A DNA stretch of 64,000 nt, taken from positions 1 to 64,000 of the forward strand of contig JAUCBJ010000764.1 of assembly GCA_032718475.1 (NCBI GenBank), written 5' to 3'. The translations under genes were made by a program, and so were the position numbers. Under the pieces are notes generated by a model. It was not told the DNA's origin, did not search any database, and was given only the letters and a program-made list of their open reading frames with translations. The DNA is from Nemertoderma westbladi. Its lineage: Eukaryota > Animalia > Xenacoelomorpha. Shown one piece after another: positions 1 to 10,611 of the stretch (the stretch's first letter is position 1; each line of letters opens with the position of its first letter).

Positions 1-1
1 T

Positions 2-3000
2 TTCGAAAATTCGGCGGAAAAATTTATTGAGGAGGCTTGGGTCAGGGCCTCGGCGCGCAAACCATCGCGAGCGCTAAGGACTGACACTGAGTCAAGCGAT
101 GAAGAGGAAGAAATGAGACGTCAGAAGTCCCGAAACTATAAGGAAAGAAGGACGGACGCGGAGCAGGTAAGTTGGAACCACCGGGAAAGGACCAGACTTA
201 ACAACCCTGCGGAACTAAACCATTTGTTAACCCGGAACGACGCAACCCTTAGGGACATAGGTAAGTTTGCTGCTAGGCAAGGACTGCCGACGCAACAACC
301 CCAGAAGTTTATGGGTAACCATAAGCATTGGAGGACCTTCAAAACCTATGTCGACGAGCAGCTAACCAACAGCACCTTTACTCCCAACGAGAAGTTCAAC
401 TATTTGCTTCAGATGCTCCATCGAGAACCTAGAGCCATTGCTGATAACTTCGTCGGCAATGAACGGGCATTCGAATTAGCGATGAAGACGCTTAGCGACA
501 TCTACGGGAATAAAACGAAGATGGCGCAGTCGATAGTAGAAGACTTGGGTAAGGGCGGAAGGATTACAACTCCGTTAGAGCTGTTGAACTTAGCGAACGC
601 TATTTCGAACGCATTGGACATCTTGAGGACGGTGAATCTACCTCATCATGGTGATCACGCCGAAGTTTTGAAAAGCGTAATAAGACGTATAAACATGCGT
701 TACCGACAGAAATGGCGCAAATTAGAGAATAAGTTGGAGGGCCAAGGTAAAGTATTGACACTTCAGCATATTCATGACATGATAGCCACAGACGCAGTAG
801 CAGAGATGAAATCAAACTTCTCAGAAGAGAATATGAGGGAGTCTAAGCCTGTTACCGGTAAGTCTATGGTAAGTTTTGACGATGACAGGACCACTGTGAC
901 ATTTAACTCAGTAGACAGATATAATTCGAGTACCCCAGCCTTTAGATCAGACTCGCGAGTATGGTCAGGTGAGCGGTTAGATAGACCTAGGTTAAAGCAA
1001 CAGGAGTTGCCGGATGGATTTGTAGGTTGCCAATACTGTTTACTAAAGGAGGTAAGATCTGACGACCATAAGTTAGATAGTTGCAGACGGTTCAAAGAAT
1101 TAAATTCGGAACAGAGAAGAGTTCAAGTGCGGACGTTGGACACCTGTTGGGCATGTCTTGCGCCAGGTCATGTACGGCGGCAGTGCCCGAACAGCAAGGA
1201 CGGATGCATGGAATGCGGCAGACTACACCACAAGTTGCTACATGCGGATTTCCACACCCCAACGGACCGTTACTTACAGCGAAATCCTCACAGGAAGGGG
1301 AGCAAAGAACCCGTATCGATAAGGAGGAATACGTACACCGGCATCCAGGACGATGGTTACCAACCAGGTTCGTCGGACGAGGATGGCGAGTCGAGCGCAA
1401 GAGAAGTGACCTGCCAAGGTTTCACTGCGGATAGTTCATCGACCAGCGCGCGGACGTATTTATCATCGGCCACGTCGGAAATATTTAGCGTGATTCCGGT
1501 GAAACTCACTGGCGATAAGGGATCGAAGCGAATATATGTGATGTTGGACACTGCGTCCACATTATCATATATCGACGAGGAAGTGGCGAGAGCCGTTTCT
1601 AGCTTCCAGGACGCCGAGGAGATCCAAATAGAGTTGAAGTCTATGCACGGGGTAGGAGACCTCAAGGGACACAGAATTTCGGTGGAACTAGACTCCCTAC
1701 TTCCGAGAGACCAACACACTCGACAAGAACGGAAAGCTTTGCCATTGGACGGATTTAAGTGTCTAGCTATGAAGGGATTCGGCAGGCAGTTAGGTAAGGT
1801 GCCGCCGATGAGTCCCATAGCACAGGAGTATTTTGACAAGCTCAGGATACCCAGACACCAGGTAGGTTATAGGAATGTTTCTATGTTGATTGGTGCAGAA
1901 CAGCTGATCGCACACCAGATATGGGAAACGAGACCAGCTGAGCCGCATGTCAATGGACCACATGCCCATAGGACCATACTAGGTTGGTATACACGAGTAC
2001 CCATGTCTTATGAGTTTACAGGCGGCGACAAGCCAATAAACAGATACGACGAATTACAGCCTATAACTCAACCACCGTTAGTAGAACCACCAGACATAGA
2101 CGAGTTTAGGAGAACCTGTATTGACCACTATAGTGACTTTAGCGAGTCAGACGAGGAGTTGATTCCTGATAATGTTAGGTTGTCGGAACCACTTCATAAT
2201 GACCGGACAGATAGTGAACCCGAGGACTACTGTTATCAGACCCGTGGGTCTGGTTCAGCGGCCCACGCTACCTATTTGACTAACGTTTTGACTTATACAG
2301 ACATAGTGGAGGGTCAAGTGGCTAAATATCGAGACCTAGACATTTTCCAATACAGTGAGGAGGAATTACAGAAGGAATTGATACGCCAGGACCTCGAGAC
2401 AGGAGCCAGAACCGTCGAATGGCTGGATAGGGACGCAATGGAACCCGGTGGATATGACCTAGCCATGTCTACTGATGAGAAACGGTCGCTGGAGATGATG
2501 GAAGATACCATACGTCTGCTACCGACTGGACATTTTGAAGTTGGAATGTTGTGGCGTCGACAACCACCTAAGCTGGAGAACAACTACAACTTAGCCTTGA
2601 AAAGATTGAACGGAGTAAGGGCTCGGTTGTTGAAGAATCCGGACATTAGGGAGAAGTATTGCGCCCAGATCAACAACTATTTCGCCAAGGGATTTGCTGG
2701 GAAGGTAGAGGACCCTGACTTAGTGACAGACCAGACTTATTACCTTCCACACCACTATGTGACTCACCCTGACAAGCCAGACAAGGTCCGAGTAGTCAAC
2801 GACTGCGCAGCAGTCTATAGAGGTATGTCCCTGAATTCAGAGTTGATGGATGGTCCCAACCTGAACAACTATTTGATTGGAATACTGTTGCGTTTTAGAC
2901 AGCGGCGATTCGCATTTACTTGTGACATCGAGGCGATGTTCCACCAGGTAAGAGCCTGTAAGGCAGACCAGGATAGCCTTCGCTTTCTCTGGTACGAGAA

Positions 3001-5029
3001 TGAAGACTTATCCGGCCCAGTGGTTACATACCAAATGTACGTAAGGATATTTGGCGCCCGCGATAGTCCGAATGGCACGCTGTTTGTTCTAAAGAAAACG
3101 GCAACAGCCCAGATTGGTAAGTACCCAGTAGAAGTAATCGAGTCCATCTTGAGAAACTTCTATATGGACGACGGATTGGTGTCCAAGGACACAGCGGAAC
3201 AAGCCATAGAAGTGGCTCACGGCCTGCAAGAGTGCTTGGCTACAGGGGGATTTCCTCTAACCAAGTTCACTACGAACTCGGAGGCCCTATTAGAATCGTT
3301 CCCGGTGAAAGATCGCGGGAGCGGAGACATAGAATTGGGGGTAGAACCAATCCCCATGGCGCGAGTACTGGGACTCGCTTGGAACCCGAACTCAGATAAG
3401 TTCCAGGTAAGAGTTAGATTTGAGCCCAGTAGCCCAGACAAAGTTTTGACAAAGAGGATTTGCTTATCGACATTAAGTAGACTATTTGACCCGATGAATT
3501 TTATCAGTCCGGTTATATTACAGGCACGAGCGTGCATGAGGAAAATTTGGTTGTCCGACTTAGAGTGGGACGAACCAATATCTCCTATACATGCAAAGCA
3601 GTGGAGGGAGTGGGAAGCCGAGTTACATCTATTGAAAAACATAGACGTACCCCGTTCCTACTTTCCGAATCAGCTGGTATTTCCAGCTGATCTCGAACTG
3701 CATTTGTTCAGTGACGCAAGTGACACCGGCTTTGGTATGGTAGCCTACCTTCGCCGAGAGGTAAGTCAGGACAAGTTTGAGACGGCCTTTGTAACTTCTA
3801 GATCAAAGACAATGCCGGTAAAATACATGACTGTCCCTCGTGCAGAGTTACAGGCGGCTGTAGTTTCGGTCGAGGTAAGTAAGCAGATAATTGAGGAGTT
3901 AGACACGACATTGACCTTATTCTATTGGACGGACGCATCCTTGGTGTTAGTATACATTGCGGCCGACAATATTGCACTAAAGACATTTGTGGCCAATAGA
4001 CGCGCTCAGATCGTCGACTTTTCGACGAAGGAACAATGGAGACATTGTCCGGGAGTGTTGAACCCGGCCGACATAACTTCGAGAGGTGCAATGCCGGCGG
4101 AATTCTGTCAGGAAGAGTCGCAGGAGTTTTGGTTGCATGGACCTGATTTTCTAACGAGGACACAGGAACATTGGCCAGAGCGACTAAAGATTGTGACCAA
4201 TCCGATGCCTGAAGATGCAGAAGTCAAGGTGGAGAAAGTCTCTAAGTCGAAGTCTAAAGCCAAACACAAGTCATTGGAGCGGCCTGAAGAGTCATTGGAG
4301 CGGCCTGAAGAGTCATTGGAGCGGCCCGGAGACCTGTCAGACCAACAGACTTACGTGACTACTAGGTCCGGAAGGGTAAGTTACGACGTAAAACCACCCT
4401 TACAGACTAAACCGGAGTTACAATTGGTAAGTGACGGACAGAAAATGACCGACACAATGGAGTCTTTGGTTTCCAAACCTGCGGGTTTGGATTCGAAACT
4501 TCCATTAATTAGCGGACAACCGTCGCTGGCATTAGAGCCATGTAGTATTTATGACAAATTACTAAATTCGTCTGCCTCTTGGCTGACAATTTGTAAAAGA
4601 ACTGCGTGGTTAAGCCGATACATTTTGTACCTTTGTTTAAAACATTCGAAACATTTGAGAGAACCATTGAGCACCAATAGTGAGCGAATTCGGAAATTGA
4701 AACAACCTCTGACAGAGGATGAGATTGATCAAGCGGAATTAAAGCATTTGAAACATTATCAAGTGTGTGCCTTCCCAAAGGAATTCCATCTATTATCGGC
4801 TCAACGACCAGTTCTCTATAAACCCCTTAGAAAATGGAGTCCATTAATCCATAAGGGTTTAATTTGTCATAGATCGAGAATCCAGACTGTCGACATAAAC
4901 TCACAGTTTCGGTTCCCAGTGATAATCCCTAGTCACCCAATAGAATTGCAAAGAGCGATTCTATGGGATATACACAAGAGGTTGCATCACGCGGGAAAGT
5001 TACACTGTCTGTCGGCAGCGAGACAGTGA
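2..5029 (+). CDS. BEL/Pao Gag-Pol polyprotein (Gag, aspartic protease, RT, RNase H, start of integrase zinc finger)
   Basis: The frame is open from position 2. DUF1759-like Gag (KFMGNHKHWRTF...KFNYL), three Cys/His knuckles (CQYC...H...C, CWACLAPGHVRRQC, CMECGRLHHKLLH), protease LDTAS, RT YYLPHH/KVRVVND/DIEAMFHQ/FYMDD, RNase H FSDAS...PRAEL...WTDA...NPAD. Confidence 0.95.
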   Translation, partial: FENSAEKFIEEAWVRASARKPSRALRTDTESSDEEEEMRRQKSRNYKERRTDAEQVSWNHRERTRLNNPAELNHLLTRNDATLRDIGKFAARQGLPTQQPQKFMGNHKHWRTFKTYVDEQLTNSTFTPNEKFNYLLQMLHREPRAIADNFVGNERAFELAMKTLSDIYGNKTKMAQSIVEDLGKGGRITTPLELLNLANAISNALDILRTVNLPHHGDHAEVLKSVIRRINMRYRQKWRKLENKLEGQGKVLTLQHIHDMIATDAVAEMKSNFSEENMRESKPVTGKSMVSFDDDRTTVTFNSVDRYNSSTPAFRSDSRVWSGERLDRPRLKQQELPDGFVGCQYCLLKEVRSDDHKLDSCRRFKELNSEQRRVQVRTLDTCWACLAPGHVRRQCPNSKDGCMECGRLHHKLLHADFHTPTDRYLQRNPHRKGSKEPVSIRRNTYTGIQDDGYQPGSSDEDGESSAREVTCQGFTADSSSTSARTYLSSATSEIFSVIPVKLTGDKGSKRIYVMLDTASTLSYIDEEVARAVSSFQDAEEIQIELKSMHGVGDLKGHRISVELDSLLPRDQHTRQERKALPLDGFKCLAMKGFGRQLGKVPPMSPIAQEYFDKLRIPRHQVGYRNVSMLIGAEQLIAHQIWETRPAEPHVNGPHAHRTILGWYTRVPMSYEFTGGDKPINRYDELQPITQPPLVEPPDIDEFRRTCIDHYSDFSESDEELIPDNVRLSEPLHNDRTDSEPEDYCYQTRGSGSAAHATYLTNVLTYTDIVEGQVAKYRDLDIFQYSEEELQKELIRQDLETGARTVEWLDRDAMEPGGYDLAMSTDEKRSLEMMEDTIRLLPTGHFEVGMLWRRQPPKLENNYNLALKRLNGVRARLLKNPDIREKYCAQINNYFAKGFAGKVEDPDLVTDQTYYLPHHYVTHPDKPDKVRVVNDCAAVYRGMSLNSELMDGPNLNNYLIGILLRFRQRRFAFTCDIEAMFHQVRACKADQDSLRFLWYENEDLSGPVVTYQMYVRIFGARDSPNGTLFVLKKTATAQIGKYPVEVIESILRNFYMDDGLVSKDTAEQAIEVAHGLQECLATGGFPLTKFTTNSEALLESFPVKDRGSGDIELGVEPIPMARVLGLAWNPNSDKFQVRVRFEPSSPDKVLTKRICLSTLSRLFDPMNFISPVILQARACMRKIWLSDLEWDEPISPIHAKQWREWEAELHLLKNIDVPRSYFPNQLVFPADLELHLFSDASDTGFGMVAYLRREVSQDKFETAFVTSRSKTMPVKYMTVPRAELQAAVVSVEVSKQIIEELDTTLTLFYWTDASLVLVYIAADNIALKTFVANRRAQIVDFSTKEQWRHCPGVLNPADITSRGAMPAEFCQEESQEFWLHGPDFLTRTQEHWPERLKIVTNPMPEDAEVKVEKVSKSKSKAKHKSLERPEESLERPEESLERPGDLSDQQTYVTTRSGRVSYDVKPPLQTKPELQLVSDGQKMTDTMESLVSKPAGLDSKLPLISGQPSLALEPCSIYDKLLNSSASWLTICKRTAWLSRYILYLCLKHSKHLREPLSTNSERIRKLKQPLTEDEIDQAELKHLKHYQVCAFPKEFHLLSAQRPVLYKPLRKWSPLIHKGLICHRSRIQTVDINSQFRFPVIIPSHPIELQRAILWDIHKRLHHAGKLHCLSAARQ
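4270..4328 (+). repeat. In-frame 21-bp tandem repeat (SLERPEE x~3) in the RNaseH-integrase linker
   Basis: gtcattggagcggcctgaaga repeated about three times. Confidence 0.85.
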
Positions 5030-6136
5030 TTCATTCTATTGCAGCCAAGCAGGGCAGTCGGCACTATGTATGACGCCTGTCTGGTTTGCAAGAGGGTGAA
5101 CGCCAGAGTATTGGAACAGGAGATGGCTGAACTCCCGGAAGCGAGAGTGCAGGCATATGACCCACCCTTTACGAACACAGGGGTGGATTGTTTTGGTCCG
5201 ATTGAGGCAAAGAGTGGACGGCTGACCCACAAGCGATGGGGTCTGCTACTGACATGCATGGCTAGTAGAGCCATACACATTGAGCGTGTGGCAGACATGT
5301 CGACCAAATCTCTGCTCCTGGCCTTAAAGAGATTTATGGCCAGGAGAGGACTAGTAAAGGCGTTCTACTCTGATAAGGGTACAAACTTTGTCGGAGGGAA
5401 TAGCGAGTTGAACGCGGCTCATAAAGCGGCACAGAATAAGGAAATTTCTGCAGCACTTTTGCTGCAAAGAGTAGAGTGGAGATTTAATACTCCAGAAAGT
5501 CCTTGGAGAGGAGGAAGTTGGGAGCGTTTAGTTCGCTCCGTGAAGCAGGCCATTGCCAAAACGTTGCCTGTGAACAAACAACTTACCGACGACGAACTGG
5601 TCACAGCTTTCATTGAAATCGAGCATACCCTAAACTCGAGGCCGATAGCTATGTTGCCAGACGGTGTTGCATTAACGCCGAATCATTTGCTAATGCAGAG
5701 TCCAGCGTTTCTTGTGCCGGCATCAGAACCCGTTAGTGCCGACCTATATAGTCGTAAGAGCTGGAAAATGACTCAATTTGTGGCGTACACATTCTGGGAA
5801 TATTGGCGGGAATATTATCTTCCCACCATATCCACCAGAACAAAGTGGTACAAAACGGTTCGGAGTCTCCAAAGGGGAGATTACGTATTGATAACCGAAC
5901 CTATTGTCAAGAGAAAGTATTGGGAGACGGGAGCGATCTTGCATATACACCCAGACGTGCAAAACATAGTGCGCACAGTCACTATGAAAATTAGGTGCAA
6001 GTGTCCGCACCCAAAAAAGTGTAAAACTAATGGTTTGCACACCTTGGACCGACCGGTCCAAGATATTGTGTTATTAGAGGAGACACGTATCGAGACGGGA
6101 GATTATAATTTGTCTCCTGCCTCAAAACAGAGTTAG
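5030..6136 (+). CDS. BEL/Pao integrase, in frame with gag-pol after a single TGA at 5027-5029
   Basis: CLVC of the HHCC finger, GVDCFGP, SDKGTNF, GGSWERLVRSVK, LNSRP, LTPNHLL, FWEYWREYYL. The stop sits where Arg is expected (ARQ*FIL), consistent with CGA>TGA. Confidence 0.93.
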   Translation, partial: FILLQPSRAVGTMYDACLVCKRVNARVLEQEMAELPEARVQAYDPPFTNTGVDCFGPIEAKSGRLTHKRWGLLLTCMASRAIHIERVADMSTKSLLLALKRFMARRGLVKAFYSDKGTNFVGGNSELNAAHKAAQNKEISAALLLQRVEWRFNTPESPWRGGSWERLVRSVKQAIAKTLPVNKQLTDDELVTAFIEIEHTLNSRPIAMLPDGVALTPNHLLMQSPAFLVPASEPVSADLYSRKSWKMTQFVAYTFWEYWREYYLPTISTRTKWYKTVRSLQRGDYVLITEPIVKRKYWETGAILHIHPDVQNIVRTVTMKIRCKCPHPKKCKTNGLHTLDRPVQDIVLLEETRIETGDYNLSPASKQS

Positions 6137-6903
6137 TGTTGGACGCAACTCACTTCGTATGCATTCCTCGTATGCAAATACAAGGAAATGCATAGGAGCG
6201 GGGTTGTGGTGATTTGCGTTGAGTTTTGTCTGGTGGGTATCAAAACAAAATTTTATTTTCAAAATTTTGGAAAAATTAAAAATTTTAAAAAATTAGAAAA
6301 GTGAACCCAAGACAATTCCAGACGCTGTGTATAGACGCGTTTTAGAATTCGTCTATAGATAAACAGTAATTTGAAAAGTCGTGAAGCCTGGAAAATAGCA
6401 TTTAGAAACCATGGTGACGGCTATATTACGTAGGAGTATAAATTGAGTTTAGCAACTTCCACAGATTGGTGCCAACAGTGCAACTAAGGTGCTAAAGGTT
6501 AGTAGCACCAGAGGCGTACCCGTACATGGACCCCACTCAGTAGTTTGCAGGATGTGTGATGTTCGATTATCAAACCTGTGGGTTTGGTATAGTCGAGTAT
6601 TGTGGCTATAGTCCTTTCTAACTACTGTAGTTTAGTACGAGTAATGGGAGTAGTTTGGGCATCAAAAAGTGAGTTGGTCACGGCCAGTTTATCTCCAAAG
6701 TTTTTGCGCTATGCATGGGAATAGGTTAGAGGATAGTTAGTTAGGAAGAGACGGGATCTAGAGAGTCGAACCTGAACTGCTGGAAGGCGGGGGGGGGGTT
6801 CGGGAGGTCTGTCCTTCGGCGACATCTAACTGATTTACCCACAGTGTAATTGGTTACGTAACGGCACTTATTGGGATATATATATGTATATACGCGAGGC
6901 ATA

Positions 6904-9900
6904 ATGGAGAGGGATATTAGAGCGCAACCGCGCAGAGGATTTACTGCCAGAGAGGAGGCGGAGCTACCATTCGCGCGACCAGGATGTAAAGACTCTAACG
7001 TTTACTACCATGGGCGGTCCGTGATGGAGCTAAACGGGAAATACAAGCAGAGTTATGATAAAGAATTACGGAGGGAAAGAATGAGAGCGTTGGGGGACCG
7101 GATGGAAGTTTTGCGGAGAGAGTATCGCACGCGGAATCCCTACGACTTCGCTTTGGACGTATGTGACATTAGCGCAGATCCGGACGAGGAAATCGCACGA
7201 CTATACCATATGAATATGTATTTACGACACGAGGAGCCTCTACCTGCAGTCCGAGATCAGTTCGACGGAATGCATCTGTACCGGAGGACTCGAGGCGAGG
7301 ATCAGGAGACGCCGAAAGTCTTCAGCGTGTACAAGCTGTTCTACAAGTGTGGTGAATGCATGAATAAGCAAGACGTAGCGATTCCCGACCGATTAGACGA
7401 GCAACATCCGGAACCGATATTAACGCGATGTCCAGCTCACCAATTCCTTAGATATAACGAGGGAGGTTACCCGATGAGCAACCCGATGATCAGTATCGAC
7501 TTCAGCGGAAAGCGACCTCCGAGACCCATTACGCCGACCGTTACGACATTAGATCCGTATACGGAGATTAAACCCTGTTCGACACCCAGTTTGATAGAGA
7601 CGGCAGCGGCCATTTCGCTGTACCGAGCCTATAAGGACCTAGAGGCGCAGCGCGAAGCGGCGCGGGACTCGGGTACCAAACCCGCGGGTTTGGAGCTCTC
7701 GAGTCCCTGGACTGCGTTTACTTCACCTCACCGAGTGAGAAGCCTCACGCCTGAGCATCAGGACGACATAGACGCGTTGCGGCAGGAGGAGCGAGCGGCG
7801 AAGGCGAAAGAGTTATTTGAGAACAGGATAGCGGAGTATAATAAGACCGCGGATAGACATCAAGAGGAGACGAGGAGAGTGACCGGATTTGTTCCACAGG
7901 TCGTATCTCAACCCGGACCGGTGTATTATTCCGACGGCACCGAACCTGCGATATTAGTAGATCATCCGGAGTCGCGAGAAGCGATACGATTCTTGCCGAT
8001 GGTAAGAATGGCGGACCATTGGAACGTTGACTGTCTACGGGAAGTTTTATGCGCGAAGTTCTTGCGTGATGTCCCAATGCAGATCACAGATTACGACACG
8101 TTGGATAAGATTGGAGCTCCGGGGAAGGAGAGTAAGCTATTCGGATGGTTGGATAAGTACATCAAGGTATGGGTCGCGGTGGCTACATTCCCAGATGACG
8201 AGGAGGTAGACCAGACGTGGCTGAGGAGGAAGGGTTCTTATACCCGATATGATGACCACAAGGCTATCGAGCGCATGTGGACCCCATCAGACGAGATTCA
8301 GCGTCAGTGGAGGAAAACGGAGGAATCACTGCAGGATTGGAGGGTGATGTTCTACGACAATGAAGGAGGGTCCCATCAGGAATGTTTGACCAGCAAGTGT
8401 ATTCAAATTCGTGCGGCCGATGGTGTGACTCATGTGTTTATGCGTGTGAGGGCGGATCGAGAGAGACCGGAGCCCATCATAACGACACAATATCGGAAGG
8501 GGAAGGATCCTAGGGAACAGATTTTGGAGGTATGCAGGCGAGGAGGTATGCACGGAGCGGAGCGTATCGACGCCAGGATGTTACCCAAGAAAGTTAGAGA
8601 GGCTATTCTCAACCAAGATTACGTCAAGGTGGGATCGGGAGTCCAGAGCGATTTGGAGAGTGACTTCAACGCCATGACTGATCTGGAAGATAGATTGCCG
8701 AGACCGTTTGTCGACACCAAGCTATTGTTGCTATGGGCACAGGATATTGGAATTTATAGGGAGTATCCCAACTCTGCCAAGACTGGTATGGGCTTTATAG
8801 CACACTTGTTGTATAATTGGGACTTTAAGTTAAAGACGCAGAAGAAGTACGAGGAGGCGTATGGCGAATACAACACGCCACCGGGAGCGGAGTTCAAATC
8901 CCACTTCAAGCGGCAAGCGTTAGTGTATTGGAACATTTGCGCGCCACCCCGTGCGTCGCTACAATATTATTTGGTGCTTGAGTCGAACATGGTGACTTGT
9001 TTATTAGCAGATATCGTTGCGCGAGTTTTGAAGCGTCATCCATTGGTATTCGGAGGAGATCAATACGTTCGCTCGAAAGGGGGAATCCAATCCGACGTGA
9101 TGAAGCGTTTCTTAACCCCGTTCTTCAACCAATCGTTAGAGAATACGTCGATGGTTAGGAGAGGATTAGCGATATTCGAAGGAGTATATCGACAGAACAT
9201 CGGAGATTTGGGAGACCGACCGTCGATGGAATATCCGACGCCAGAAGCTTTGGAGAAGTGGTTCGGGAATCAAACCCGCGGGTTTGGTACTCCCTTCCAC
9301 TCGGAGGCTGATAGACCTGTTAAGGAGGGCTGGCCGGAGACGTTAGTAGAGGTGTTCGGAGTAGATCTTCCGGTGGAGAAGACATATCCGAAACGAACGC
9401 GGGAGGAAATATTGGAGATAGAGGACAAGGGCGAGGATGTTTACTTTGTTCCGGATCGACAACCGTTGACCGGAGAGGACGACATCGTATTAGACATTGG
9501 GAAGGAAGGAAGTGCGAAACCGATTGGAGACCTCATATACGAGAGGGCCTGGTTTCCACAAGCGCGTAGGTGCAAATTGTGCGGCAGCACAAGGCACAAT
9601 TTAAAGTCGTGCGATGCGGTAGTAGAGGCGGCGCATAAGGTCTGTCGTTGGTGTAATGAGACCGACCATTCGTTTCACACGTGCACCGTCTTCATTTCTC
9701 AATGTGGATATTGTGGGGTAAAGGGACATCGTAGCGCGAGATGTCAGCTGCGAGATGATTCCTTTCAAAACCATAGCGCTAACCTACTTCGGGAGATGTT
9801 AGATAAGTGGGAGAGTGTGGCTGATTACCATATTCAAGCGCAGATGCGTTGGTTACCATTTAAAGCGGGATATGGGTTTTGGGCGGTAGACCCATCGCAT

Positions 9901-10611
9901 GTTGCGTACGAGCCATATCTACAATCGCTACCACAATATCAGGAACTCATCCTAACTGCTCAAGACCTTCCACAGAACACTGGAGTTATCGTAGTCCGAG
10001 AATACTTCAGACAATTGAATATGGATAACAAGTACACCTGGAACTTCGTTGCTATTTGTGATCGCATCACGAAGGGTGTATTTACGGAGATTAGAAAAGT
10101 GGTACGCGCGCGAGGTGATTGGAGGATGGCGGCTATACAATACCGCAACGAATTCTTGTTGACTCATGTGCCAGTGGGTTCATTGACCGCTGAGAGGATA
10201 CAGGAGCAAAGGATCGCAGCGACCACAGCGACGACCGCTGGAGCTCAAGGCTCGCGGAAAGAACCAGGAGGAGAGGTCCAAGACAAGTGTCAAGTCAAGG
10301 ACGATCACTATCATTCTATTATAGAAGCGCAAAGGTTGCAGCGCAAGGCGCAGGGAGCGTCTGAAAAAGCGCGTGTGCAACTGCATAAGGAAGAGTTGGC
10401 GGAAGCGACCAAGGGAGCGCGACAATTGGGACGAGGCCGAGGAAGAAGCACAAGCCGGGAGTCTGTCGGGGCTCAGGGAACATCGTCGCCGGTTCCGGGG
10501 AGTGACGCCTCACGGACGCCGTCAACGGAGTCGACTGGAGGAAGATTAGTGTATCTGGGAAGGGGGCGAAAGAGAGGAGCGAGCCCAAAGAATCCAGGAG
10601 CGGGTCGATAA
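6904..10611 (+). CDS. Retrotransposon ORF3: DEDDy (WRN/RNase D/Mut-7-like) 3'-5' exonuclease-like domain, three CCHC zinc knuckles, RG-rich C-terminus
   Basis: Intact ORF, first ATG at 6904. ExoI-like MFYDNEG, CIQIR, LPKKVREAILNQDYVKVGSGVQSD (ExoII), FVDTK, GMGFIAHLL, W..APP..LQYYLVLE (ExoIII-like) at ~8340-8990. CX2CX4HX4C x3 at 9571-9744. Confidence 0.75.
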   Translation: MERDIRAQPRRGFTAREEAELPFARPGCKDSNVYYHGRSVMELNGKYKQSYDKELRRERMRALGDRMEVLRREYRTRNPYDFALDVCDISADPDEEIARLYHMNMYLRHEEPLPAVRDQFDGMHLYRRTRGEDQETPKVFSVYKLFYKCGECMNKQDVAIPDRLDEQHPEPILTRCPAHQFLRYNEGGYPMSNPMISIDFSGKRPPRPITPTVTTLDPYTEIKPCSTPSLIETAAAISLYRAYKDLEAQREAARDSGTKPAGLELSSPWTAFTSPHRVRSLTPEHQDDIDALRQEERAAKAKELFENRIAEYNKTADRHQEETRRVTGFVPQVVSQPGPVYYSDGTEPAILVDHPESREAIRFLPMVRMADHWNVDCLREVLCAKFLRDVPMQITDYDTLDKIGAPGKESKLFGWLDKYIKVWVAVATFPDDEEVDQTWLRRKGSYTRYDDHKAIERMWTPSDEIQRQWRKTEESLQDWRVMFYDNEGGSHQECLTSKCIQIRAADGVTHVFMRVRADRERPEPIITTQYRKGKDPREQILEVCRRGGMHGAERIDARMLPKKVREAILNQDYVKVGSGVQSDLESDFNAMTDLEDRLPRPFVDTKLLLLWAQDIGIYREYPNSAKTGMGFIAHLLYNWDFKLKTQKKYEEAYGEYNTPPGAEFKSHFKRQALVYWNICAPPRASLQYYLVLESNMVTCLLADIVARVLKRHPLVFGGDQYVRSKGGIQSDVMKRFLTPFFNQSLENTSMVRRGLAIFEGVYRQNIGDLGDRPSMEYPTPEALEKWFGNQTRGFGTPFHSEADRPVKEGWPETLVEVFGVDLPVEKTYPKRTREEILEIEDKGEDVYFVPDRQPLTGEDDIVLDIGKEGSAKPIGDLIYERAWFPQARRCKLCGSTRHNLKSCDAVVEAAHKVCRWCNETDHSFHTCTVFISQCGYCGVKGHRSARCQLRDDSFQNHSANLLREMLDKWESVADYHIQAQMRWLPFKAGYGFWAVDPSHVAYEPYLQSLPQYQELILTAQDLPQNTGVIVVREYFRQLNMDNKYTWNFVAICDRITKGVFTEIRKVVRARGDWRMAAIQYRNEFLLTHVPVGSLTAERIQEQRIAATTATTAGAQGSRKEPGGEVQDKCQVKDDHYHSIIEAQRLQRKAQGASEKARVQLHKEELAEATKGARQLGRGRGRSTSRESVGAQGTSSPVPGSDASRTPSTESTGGRLVYLGRGRKRGASPKNPGAGR

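Noticed and set aside
5027-5029. Programmed readthrough between RNase H and integrase
   Set aside because: The TGA falls mid zinc finger at an expected Arg; CpG decay is the simpler explanation.
136-10588. Many short antisense and alternate-frame ORFs in the BEL element
   Set aside because: They are shadows of the long sense ORFs and have no motifs.
6871-10611. Envelope glycoprotein
   Set aside because: No signal peptide or TM helix is visible; the motifs indicate a nucleic-acid enzyme fold.
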